Shown: positions 39,963-49,200 of the stretch, in pieces
Numbering within the stretch: position 1 is the first letter of the stretch
Layout: every line of letters begins with the position of its first letter
From: an uncultured archaeon
Lineage (GTDB): Archaea > Iainarchaeota > Iainarchaeia > Iainarchaeales > JAAZKV01
Direction of reading: 5' to 3'
Assembly: GCA_964551375.1 (NCBI GenBank)
Contig: CAZKBG010000001.1
Location: forward strand, 42,833 to 106,832
DNA: 64,000 bases
The notes under the pieces: generated by a model
Told to the model about the DNA's origin: nothing
What the model saw: the letters and a program-made list of their open reading frames with translations, nothing else
The model's database searches: none
Position numbers and translations under genes: made by a program

Positions 39963-40118
39963 ATGTCTAAGTCAAGCATACTTAAAGAAGAAGCTGCAGC
40001 AGGGGATTTTGGCGCGGTTTATATGATATTAGTTTTCGCAATAGTAGCGCTGTTATTGGTTCTAATAGTAAAGCCGATGTTTCAAAGCGCGCAAAAATCA
40101 ATCCCAAAAGCGCAATAA
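39963..40118 (+). CDS. unannotated sORF: 51-aa single-pass membrane protein inside the pilin array
   Basis: MSKSSILKEEAAAGDFGAVYMILVFAIVALLLVLIVKPMFQSAQKSIPKAQ; ATG 39963, TAA 40116-40118; below the 60-aa ORF-track cutoff. Confidence 0.3.
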   Translation: MSKSSILKEEAAAGDFGAVYMILVFAIVALLLVLIVKPMFQSAQKSIPKAQ

Positions 40119-40188
40119 TTTTTAATTTTCTAAATTAGTTTTTGTATTTTAGTGGTTTGTTTTAGTAGTTTAGAGTTTTGGTGTTGTA

Positions 40189-40773
40189 ATGAAGTTTATC
40201 CGCAAAAATAAAGGGCAGGTTTCTGCTCCGTTTGAGCTTTTAGTTGCGGTAGTAATAATGGCTTTTGTAGTAATTGTAGGCTGGAAAGTATTAACCGACG
40301 CAAAACTCCAATCCTGCCTTAACACAGTGGATAAATCAATGACTGATTTTAAAATAAATCTTGAAGACACTGCGAATAGAAGAAGCGAGAATTTTTTTAA
40401 TTTCAGCCCTGACAGGACCTGTTTTTATTCAAAAGATTCCGCAATGAAGATTTATCTTGAAAAGAGTTCAAGCGTCTGTGCGGCGATATGCAAGCGCCCC
40501 GTGCAGGAGTGCTATGTGCTAAAATTTGCAAACCAATCAATTCCAAACGCAGCTAAAAATAAATGCCTTGAGCTTCCGACTTATACAAGCTTCACCGCGT
40601 CAGGCGATTTGTGTACTAATATTGACCAAACTCTTTATCGTGGTTATGAGCCTGTGAATCCGCTTGGGGATGACGGGGATAATTTAGGAATCGGACAGTA
40701 TGTTTTCAAGTATGTTGCGCTTCAGGGACAGGCATTCCCGCAGATTTGCATTTGGTTTAGGCCAAGCGGCTGA
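40189..40773 (+). CDS. pilin-like protein with class III signal peptide
   Basis: MKFIRKNKGQ|VSAPFELLVAVVIMAFVVIVGW; Cys-containing body paralogous to ORF 40788. Confidence 0.5.
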   Translation: MKFIRKNKGQVSAPFELLVAVVIMAFVVIVGWKVLTDAKLQSCLNTVDKSMTDFKINLEDTANRRSENFFNFSPDRTCFYSKDSAMKIYLEKSSSVCAAICKRPVQECYVLKFANQSIPNAAKNKCLELPTYTSFTASGDLCTNIDQTLYRGYEPVNPLGDDGDNLGIGQYVFKYVALQGQAFPQICIWFRPSG

Positions 40774-40787
40774 TGAAGTGATAAAAT

Positions 40788-41330
40788 ATGCTTGAAAAAA
40801 TAATCCTTGCAGTGATTCTAATTGTTGCCGTGATTGGAGTAGTATACTACGGTCAGGACATTACCCCCGCTCTTGGGGCAGGGTGCAGCAATAATTCAAA
40901 GTTAAGCATTGAATCCTCAATTAAGGAATTTCGAATGGGGATCGAAACGGCAATGAAAGGCTCTGATTATGAATTTACATTTGCTCCTGATAGGGACTGC
41001 TTTGAATCAAAAGACTCTTCATTTAAGATTGAGTACATTACAAACATGTCGCTTTGCGGAGCGCTGTGCGATAATCCAGAAGATGAATGCAGAATGCTTG
41101 TTTACACAAACCCCACAGGATTTCCTTACAATAAAGTATCAACTTTTTGCATAAATAATTCAAAGTACATGGGGTTTGCTTTTGACAATGCTTCATGCGG
41201 AAATATTCCCCAAGGATACGTTCCAATAAATCCAATTAAGGAGGATTTAAATTCAGGGAAATACTTGATTAGGAATATGTCGCTTCCGCAGAACTCTCCT
41301 CGGATTTGCATATTGTATAAAGCAAGCTAA
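40788..41330 (+). CDS. pilin-like/secreted protein, paralog of ORF 40189
   Basis: N-terminal signal anchor; shares F(S/A)PDR(T/D)CF(Y/E)SKDS..(K/F)KI and C(A/G)A(I/L)C..P..EC..L with ORF 40189. Confidence 0.45.
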   Translation: MLEKIILAVILIVAVIGVVYYGQDITPALGAGCSNNSKLSIESSIKEFRMGIETAMKGSDYEFTFAPDRDCFESKDSSFKIEYITNMSLCGALCDNPEDECRMLVYTNPTGFPYNKVSTFCINNSKYMGFAFDNASCGNIPQGYVPINPIKEDLNSGKYLIRNMSLPQNSPRICILYKAS

Positions 41331-41431
41331 CTTAGCAAGTTGAAGTTTGGCGGGTTAAGTTAAGTAAGTGGGTTTAAGTTAAGAAAGTTAAACAGGATGA
41401 AGTTAAAGGTTATTTTCAAAAAGGTGTTAAG

Positions 41432-42253
41432 TTGTTAGGATTTGTTTTAGGAAAAATGCAGATGCTGTTTTTTGCAGTAGGGGTTGCAGTTGTCGCGCTT
41501 TTATTTTACAACTTTATAGTAACTCTTGGGCTTCATCAAGATGCAAATAATATGCTTCTTACTAATGCCAGAATTGTTTCAGACCAATTGAACAGCGATT
41601 TAACCTGCTCGTTCAAAACAACTTCCATTCAGGACAGATTTTACTATGGGATTGGCGGAATTCCGCTTTATTATGATTTAGAAATGACAAAGCAGAGCTT
41701 TGGGGATGCGTCGCTAGGAAACCAGCAAAACCAGCTGATTATGAGAATTGTTGAGCATAAATCCTCCACCCGCCAGAATCAGACAAAAAATGTTCTTGCC
41801 ACAAAAGCAATTCTAACAGATGCGCAAATAGTTCTAATCGACCCGGGATTTTTGAAAGAATTAGCGGGAATCAGCGATGTCCACTATAATAAAGATATTA
41901 TTGCGCTTTATCCAAGAGCCGGCTCTTCAAGCGAACTTCAAGCATCTTCTCCTGATTCTTTTGTTGCGCTAAAAGAAATTGAGAACGGAAAAACAACCAT
42001 TTACATAATCCCTTGCGCGACAGCAAAAGAAAGCCAGTCAAATAACTGTCTGAATAACATTCTAAGACTTGGGTGCTATAAACTTTCAAAAGAATACACA
42101 GGAAATCTTAATGCAGATAACCCTCTTCTTCCATCCTGCTTTAATGTAACAACACAACTGGGTCCTGAAATTGAGCGCTCAAAGAACTTCCGCTGGGCTG
42201 ACTGCTCTAATGTCGGATTTGTTAACGCAAACATTGGAATGTACACTCCCTAA
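41432..42253 (+). CDS. pilin-like/N-terminally anchored secreted protein
   Basis: MLGFVLGKMQMLFFAVGVAVVALLFYNFIV. Confidence 0.45.
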   Translation: MLGFVLGKMQMLFFAVGVAVVALLFYNFIVTLGLHQDANNMLLTNARIVSDQLNSDLTCSFKTTSIQDRFYYGIGGIPLYYDLEMTKQSFGDASLGNQQNQLIMRIVEHKSSTRQNQTKNVLATKAILTDAQIVLIDPGFLKELAGISDVHYNKDIIALYPRAGSSSELQASSPDSFVALKEIENGKTTIYIIPCATAKESQSNNCLNNILRLGCYKLSKEYTGNLNADNPLLPSCFNVTTQLGPEIERSKNFRWADCSNVGFVNANIGMYTP

Positions 42254-42305
42254 AGCAAATCAAAACTATTATTAATAAAGAAGAGTTACTTGTGGTAGTG
42301 GGTTT

Positions 42306-42881
42306 ATGTTTAAATCAAAAAAAGGTTTTATTGGCCCGATTGGGGACGACTTGCCTTCACTTGTTCCAATAGTTGTATCTCTGCTTTTGTTTTTCACAAC
42401 TTTCACCCTTGCGCTTAATACTTATAATACAAAAAATGCTTTCATAAACCAGCAGACTGAAATGACTTCGGTTGCGAGAGAATTAAAGGGAGATTCTCTG
42501 ATTTTGGGAGTGGATTGGTTTGAAAATAAATGCAAACAGCTCAAAATGAAAAGATATCCAAATAATTTCATTGCGGCGATTTATGATTCAGATGTTGAAA
42601 TGAATTTAATAATGGCGGATTTTTTAGGGCTCTCAGCAACAAATCCCACGCTTGACCCTACTGCCGCGACTTTATTAAAATCCGTATCCCAGTCAGACGG
42701 CTCCCAAAAACCATTTTACTGCGAGTACAAAAAGATTGGCGCGCAGCCATTTTCAGCGAGCTCAAAGAAGCGCTATCAGGTGAGATTTTATCCGGTTGCA
42801 GTTCAATATGGATTTACTGCGGCAGGAACAACTAATCACTTAATTATCCCTGGATTAATGGCGATGGTGGTTTGGGAATGA
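42306..42881 (+). CDS. pilin-like/N-terminally anchored secreted protein
   Basis: MFKSKKGFIGPIGDDLPSLVPIVVSLLLFFTTFTLAL. Confidence 0.45.
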   Translation: MFKSKKGFIGPIGDDLPSLVPIVVSLLLFFTTFTLALNTYNTKNAFINQQTEMTSVARELKGDSLILGVDWFENKCKQLKMKRYPNNFIAAIYDSDVEMNLIMADFLGLSATNPTLDPTAATLLKSVSQSDGSQKPFYCEYKKIGAQPFSASSKKRYQVRFYPVAVQYGFTAAGTTNHLIIPGLMAMVVWE

Positions 42882-43693
42882 ATAATTTCTCAATTTTAAA
42901 TAGAAGAGGGCAGGCGGCGCTTGTTGACTCGCTCTTTTTCATTGCAATTGTCTCAATAGTATGCACCGGGCTTTTTTACTTTACAATAAATTACGGCACT
43001 TCAACAGAGACTTTGTTAAATTCATTTTATGCCTCGGACTTTTCAATGGACTCTCTAAAAGTAATTTCTTATGTTAATGTAATGCGTGACGGAACAGGCG
43101 TTTCATCGCAATCAGTATCAGGCGCAGGAGCAAATCCTGCCCAGTTTGATTATATGCTTGCAATGATTAAGGAAGATTATGCAAGAAACAGGGAAGTAAG
43201 CTTTCAGACAAAAACCGCAATTGCAAACACAATCCACTCCGTCTTAAAACCGTTTGACGATTCCACTGATTATGTTTTTTACATTAAAAGAGAAGGAGGG
43301 GATGTTTCAGGAAAACAATTTTTGGCATTTATCATAGCTACAAGAAAATGCACTGGGGATTGCTGTGACGGAGAATGCACTCCGACTCCGGGGGATCCTC
43401 AATTAAGCGTTGAAAGAACTTATTATGCGTGCAATCCAGCGCAAGAGAATGTAATGCAGAAATTTGTCTATCCTTATGTCGGCAGGGTTGATTCAGCAGT
43501 GGGAAGAATTGCACTAAGCGACTTTGCAGGGAATTACACTTATTATTTGATGGGAATTGATTTGTGGGTTGCGAAGAAAACCAAAGCGACTGATGATATT
43601 GTCTCAAAATCAGAAGAAACAGATCCAGCATTAAGGGAATCGGATTTTGACTGCAACAGAATTCCAATTACTCCTGTTGCCGGGGCGCCTTAG
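42872..43693 (+). CDS. pilin-like protein with class III signal peptide
   Basis: MGMNNFSILNRRGQ|AALVDSLFFIAIVSIVCTGLFYF; 10-nt overlap with the preceding gene suggests an operon. Confidence 0.5.
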   Translation: MGMNNFSILNRRGQAALVDSLFFIAIVSIVCTGLFYFTINYGTSTETLLNSFYASDFSMDSLKVISYVNVMRDGTGVSSQSVSGAGANPAQFDYMLAMIKEDYARNREVSFQTKTAIANTIHSVLKPFDDSTDYVFYIKREGGDVSGKQFLAFIIATRKCTGDCCDGECTPTPGDPQLSVERTYYACNPAQENVMQKFVYPYVGRVDSAVGRIALSDFAGNYTYYLMGIDLWVAKKTKATDDIVSKSEETDPALRESDFDCNRIPITPVAGAP

Positions 43694-43748
43694 TTAAGTT
43701 TTTTTCTTAGTTAAGCTTTTTTGATTTTATTTTAACCGCGGGTTTTAT

Positions 43749-44633
43749 TTATCTGGAAGTCTTTGTCCCACATTTTGGGCATAAATAGGAATCGCCCTGT
43801 TTTTTTGAGCACTTATCACAAAATGCAGTTCCGCAGTTAGGACAGTATAAAATTTTATCAGTATCCTTTTTGCAATTAGGGCATTCTTCTTTATCATCAA
43901 GCTCAATTCCGCCTATGTCATCCTCTTTAATGTCTTCAATGCTTGAAATATCATTCATTCCAGAGCCAGAAGAATCATCGCCCAAATCAAGGCTGAAATC
44001 ATCATCAAAATTTTTCTTTTTCTGTTTGTCCTGCCTTTCATTATTTCCAAGAATATCCTTAATATCCCCAATCGGCGCCGTCTGTTCATCCGGGCCTATT
44101 GAATTTGTATTTTGTTTATCCTCTCCAGGCATTACTCTTCCAGAGTCAGCTCCTCTTCGCCCTCTCCTTTGACTTTGTCCGTGTGAAACTGGGGCGGCTG
44201 TTAATCCTTTTTCCGCAGCAAGCTCGTTAATATTGGAATTTTTTAATTGAGTAAAAAGATTCTCTGCAATAGTGTCAGATTCTTTTTGATTTGGAAGCCT
44301 CTTATTTTCTCTCTTAAATTTCTCAATTTCATTAAGCGCAAGTTTTTCTTCAAGATTCTTCTCTTGGATTTTTTTAAATTCTTCAGCATTCTTCTGGTCC
44401 ATTTCAAGATTTACATCCTCATAATCCATTGTCGGAATGTGGCTAAGTATGCTTCTTCCAGTAGGAGACTCATTATCTTCCTCATTTTTTTGCTGTCTAT
44501 TTTGCAAAAATCTCCCGCTATTCTGCTCCCTATAAGGCGCGTTGTATCCTTCATTGTACTGCTCTTTCTTCTGCTCTGCAGTGCGGTAAAAACGCATCAT
44601 CCTTCTTGGGACTTTTTCATCCATAAAAATCAT
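43749..44633 (-). CDS. disordered acidic protein with C-terminal double zinc-ribbon
   Basis: C-term CPNCKKDTDKILYCPNCGTAFCDKCSKKQGDSYLCPKCG (4 x CxxC). Confidence 0.5.
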   Translation of the reverse strand: MIFMDEKVPRRMMRFYRTAEQKKEQYNEGYNAPYREQNSGRFLQNRQQKNEEDNESPTGRSILSHIPTMDYEDVNLEMDQKNAEEFKKIQEKNLEEKLALNEIEKFKRENKRLPNQKESDTIAENLFTQLKNSNINELAAEKGLTAAPVSHGQSQRRGRRGADSGRVMPGEDKQNTNSIGPDEQTAPIGDIKDILGNNERQDKQKKKNFDDDFSLDLGDDSSGSGMNDISSIEDIKEDDIGGIELDDKEECPNCKKDTDKILYCPNCGTAFCDKCSKKQGDSYLCPKCGTKTSR

Positions 44634-44674
44634 CTATAAAAATTACTCAATAAAATTAACCTATTCTAATTAAA

Positions 44675-45394
44675 TTATTCTTTTTCATCTCCAAGCTCGT
44701 TTAATAGTCCTTCTTCAATCTCTTCAATTTCTTCATCCTCTTCCTTATACGCTTCCTCTTTTTTCTTCTTGCCTGTGGATTTTTTCTTGTCGTTAATATC
44801 AAGCGCCATTTGTCTTAATTTTGCAAGCGCGGCATTCTTCTGCTCCTTATTTGATTTACTTTCAAGTTCTTTTGTGTTTTTATCAATAACCTTTAGCACA
44901 TTAGTGTTTTTGTCCTTAAAAACCTGATTTTTTATCATAGCAGGAGTAACTTTAGGAGTCGGACTGCTTCCTTTAGTCATCAACCCTTCTTCAAATCTAA
45001 TCCTATCCGCCACAGGCATTTTCTCTTCCTTTGTAAGCCCCATTTTTGGAATAGCAACTTTTCTCTTCTTTTCCTCAACAAAAATTTCAGGATCAGCCTC
45101 TTCATGATACATTCTTTTTGCAAATGCAATTCCCATCAAAATAACATACATAGTTATTCCAAGCAAAAAGAAGTAATCCGAATTCATTCCTCCAAGCACT
45201 ATTGCAGCAATTGGAATTCCAAAAATTAAAGCACCCGCTCCGTATCCATAAGCGATTTTATTAGTCAAAGCCTCAAGCTGAACATTAGGCATAGCAGTTC
45301 TTACTACCGAGTACCCAACGGAGAAACTCCCAAGCAAGAAAAAAGCATAAATAAGTTCCTGCATCAAACCAAATCCTGTTCCTAATGCAATCAT
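44675..45394 (-). CDS. membrane protein with acidic low-complexity cytoplasmic tail
   Basis: Four N-terminal TM helices; C-terminal EEAYKEEDEEIEEIEEG. Confidence 0.5.
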   Translation of the reverse strand: MIALGTGFGLMQELIYAFFLLGSFSVGYSVVRTAMPNVQLEALTNKIAYGYGAGALIFGIPIAAIVLGGMNSDYFFLLGITMYVILMGIAFAKRMYHEEADPEIFVEEKKRKVAIPKMGLTKEEKMPVADRIRFEEGLMTKGSSPTPKVTPAMIKNQVFKDKNTNVLKVIDKNTKELESKSNKEQKNAALAKLRQMALDINDKKKSTGKKKKEEAYKEEDEEIEEIEEGLLNELGDEKE

Positions 45395-45507
45395 AAAAGT
45401 TTTTTGTAGTATTTATTAGTTCTCCTATTCAAAATGCGCCAAAATTGCAACTTTTAATAAGCCAAAATTAAGTCCAAAAGTTAGGGGGTAATTCTTTTAT
45501 ACTATTA

Positions 45508-46116
45508 ATGCGTTATTTTTTCATGGAATTAGTAGAAGTAATATTTGCTATTTTTGATTTTCTAAAACTGGCGATTCCGCTCACAATCCTTGTTTTTGTG
45601 CTCTATAAGGCATTTTCCCCCGCAAAATTATGGCTTATTGAAAAGTATAATTTATCCTGGATGAAATCAGTAATCCTGCTAAATTTCATTATTGTTTTTG
45701 TATCTCTATTAGTATTTTATTTTTATTTTGTTCTCACAGGAACATTAGGCGCGGCTCCAATGGACCCTGATCTTCAATATACTTTAGGCGAGAATGCAAT
45801 AATGGTTCTAATAGGAGCAGTTAGAGTTCTTGTTGCTGCAGTAATTCTCACACTCATTGTTTTGTTCTTTGAATTTATAGCAAGCCTTGCAATGGATTCA
45901 AATATAATAAAATTTGGGGCAAATACTGTAAAATCAAAAAAACATTCTTCTGAAGGGGCATCAATGGTGATGCAGATATTTGGCGTATTTGTTTCAGTAG
46001 TGATATTTTTGATTCTATTTTTGTTCATATTCGCATGGGTTCCACTTGGGCTTGTTGTATTCATTTTTTACGGCGGAGTAAAGGAAATTCCTCTGCTATT
46101 GATAGGGTTGATATGA
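45508..46116 (+). CDS. multi-pass membrane protein (202 aa)
   Basis: Hydrophobic throughout. Confidence 0.45.
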   Translation: MRYFFMELVEVIFAIFDFLKLAIPLTILVFVLYKAFSPAKLWLIEKYNLSWMKSVILLNFIIVFVSLLVFYFYFVLTGTLGAAPMDPDLQYTLGENAIMVLIGAVRVLVAAVILTLIVLFFEFIASLAMDSNIIKFGANTVKSKKHSSEGASMVMQIFGVFVSVVIFLILFLFIFAWVPLGLVVFIFYGGVKEIPLLLIGLI

Positions 46117-46249
46117 ACAGGGAAAGGGTTTATATTTGTTAAAACCGCATATTTCTTATTAGAATAAAGCGGTTTTAGTCGTTAGAGAAAGTAAAAGTTT
46201 AAGTTTTAGTGAGAAAATTTAAGTTTTAGGGTTAAAGGTTAGTGATGAA

Positions 46250-49200
46250 ATGAGTCAGGCAAGACAGATTTTTTTGCATTCCTTAATAACAGGAATAATG
46301 CTTCTGTCGCTAATTTTAGCAAACCCCGGCTTTGCATATGCTGTTGAGTCAAGCGCAGGCGTTTTTAGTTTTGCTGCCCCTGCAGTAACTCCAAATACAA
46401 CAGGGGGAATAGTTCTTCCAGCCTCAACAAGCGCAGGCACTGGCAGTACAAGCACTGGCGGCAGTACAAGCGGAATAGTCCTTCCAGGCGGAAGCGGCAG
46501 CGGTTCCACAGTAATTCCAAATTCTGTTCCTGCAGGAACATGCTCTGTTTCTCAATTAAAACCCTCCGAAGTGAAAGGAATACTTGACTTAACTCACGAA
46601 GGATTCAACGGAAAAACAATATCCGATAAAAAAATAGGGGATTCAAATGATTCAAACAAAAACGGAGTAAAAGACTTAGGAGATATGAGCGCAATTGGAA
46701 AAGATATTTCAGGAAAACAAGCTGTAAAAGTTGATTTGCCAACAATAGCCGCTCCCGCAAACAGATTTGCTTTCTTTGACGGCTCAAGAATTACAGGCCC
46801 ATTTGGAATAGGATTAATTTTAGATGATACTTTAAGAGTGGGAAGATGCGATTATCCTGCTCAGGAACAGGCGCTTTGCAAAATAAACGGCTCCGGGCTT
46901 CAAGTGCGAACAAGCGGAGTAGGATTCACTTCAGATATTACAAACGCGTTTAATTCGCTGAAAAACACCGGGAAAAATCTTGCTGAAAACGCTCTTTCCC
47001 CAGATGATTACAACAAGATGCGCGGAAATTACCTTGACATTAACAGCAATGATTTCACAACAGGCTCGTTTGGAACAGGCGCTCAATTAAAAAATTCCAT
47101 TCTTACCCAGCAGTATAATGCAAGAAACGCAACAACCTGCAATAACAGCTCATGCGTAATAAGCACTTACTCTGCATTTGACAAATACTTTAATTCATGG
47201 CTAACAACTGACATGGTTGTTTCAAACATTGGTCCAACTTTGCTTCACAAAGGGTACAAATTATTTACAAAAGGAGCAAAGTCATTTGGTGACGGATCGC
47301 TTGCAGGTCCATGGAACCAAGTAATGAAAGCAAAAAGAATGGTTTCTCCAAGCGAGATATTCGGGAAACAAAGATACGCAAAGTATAATGCCTTGATTAA
47401 GGAAGAAGGATTTGGAAAAATATTTGAACCTCTAACTATACAAGGAAAGTTATTTAGCTCAGGCGCGGCCGGAGAAATAGATAAATTAGTTGCAAAAGAC
47501 TCTCCAATTTGGAAACTTGACTCTGAGCAAAGAAAAAAATTCTTTGAGGCAGTGGAGCATTTGAGAGCTTATTCAATAGCAAATTCCGAGGCAATGTCTG
47601 CTGCAGAAGCGGCATTTAAGGCACAATCAGACGCAGCAAGCTTAATTGCAAATCCAGCAGCAAGAGCGCTTGCTGAAAAAAATGCGAAAATATCTTGGGG
47701 GCAAGATGTTTCAAGAGTATTCAACGATTGGGATGACACAGTATTTTTGGATTCGCCAGCATGGCTTGCAAAGAATGAAGATTTGCTTTCTCTTGGCGGA
47801 TACGCGATGAAAAGAAACGGGCCTCCAGGGGCATGGCCTGATGGGCAGGGATATATTGATGTTTCAACAAGCGGTTCATTTAATTTCAAAGAAGCATTGA
47901 AAAAATTCAGAGATGAAGGCGGTTGGTCAGGCTGGGCGAACAGCACCGACGCAAAGTCATTTGCAGCAAATGCTGACGGGAGCTTAAAACTTTATAAAAT
48001 AAGCGAAGAAGGAACTGCGATTGCACAAAACGTTGGACTGCAGGACTTGAAATTTCATTTATCTAAATCAGGCTCAGGAACTTACAGCGTAAAACTTCCT
48101 GACGGAAGACTAATTCCTTTGAATGATGCTTCAATTGACATGATTGCGGGAAACCCTGCACTCCCAGGGCATGTAACGATATTCAAATCAACTTATGTTG
48201 AAGCAACTCCTCTTACTCCAGAAGACTTTGCAAACAGAGTAACACACTCAAGAATAACAGGAAGGCCAAACACAGCAGTAAGAAATATGGATGACTTGCA
48301 CAATGCTCTCCTTCAGAATGATTTTGCCCCAAGAAGATTCACAAGCGCACTTGATGAACAGTTTGCAAAAGAAGGGGATATGATAAAAAAATATTACAAA
48401 GACCCAACAGTTGGGATTTACAAAGGGACAATTCTTCCTGTATTTTACTGGAATGCAAAAAGAGGATTTGGGCAGGAACAATTCTCCGCATTTATGCTTC
48501 CTGATACATGGACAACTCTTACCGTATCTCAGGGAACAGACAAGATATACAAAGATTCCTATATTGACTTTTACGCAAATGAAGGCTCGGATCAGGGAGA
48601 CATGTTCAAAAGAGCATTCAACAGCTTAGCATTTGTTTGGACAAAAGCGTTGGATCTTGCTGCAGAAACTAACACTTTCCTAAAAGATGGGATTTCAAAA
48701 GTGAGCGGCGGATTCTTTGAAGGAAGCGCGACAAGAGACATAGTTGGGGATTTGGCATTCTACTCTCATAACGAATCATGCGCAGGATGCACAGGAAATA
48801 TTAATTTCAAAAACAATTATTTCACACTTAATGGATTTAATTCAGGAATAGCAATGCAGGCATTTTTGCTTGAAGCAAAAACTCCTGAAGAAAAAGCAAA
48901 AGAAGGAAGCTTGATTGTTTCATATACACACCACTCAAACTTGAACGGAAAAAGCACTCAAATTGAGGGCGGCTCAATTGATATTGCAAAAGCAAGAATC
49001 AGCGGAGAAACATGCGACCAGAAACTAAGAAAAATGGGCTTAGGATGGGCAGGTTCAGGAGCAGGCGGAGTACTGGCACTTGCAGAAAATTTAGGATATG
49101 TAGTTGGATTTGGGCCAGGGCTTGTTGCAAGCTTAGTTCAGCAGATGTACTTTGGAAGAGAATTACAAGATTGTGTTGATGATGTTGAAGGGTATTACAC

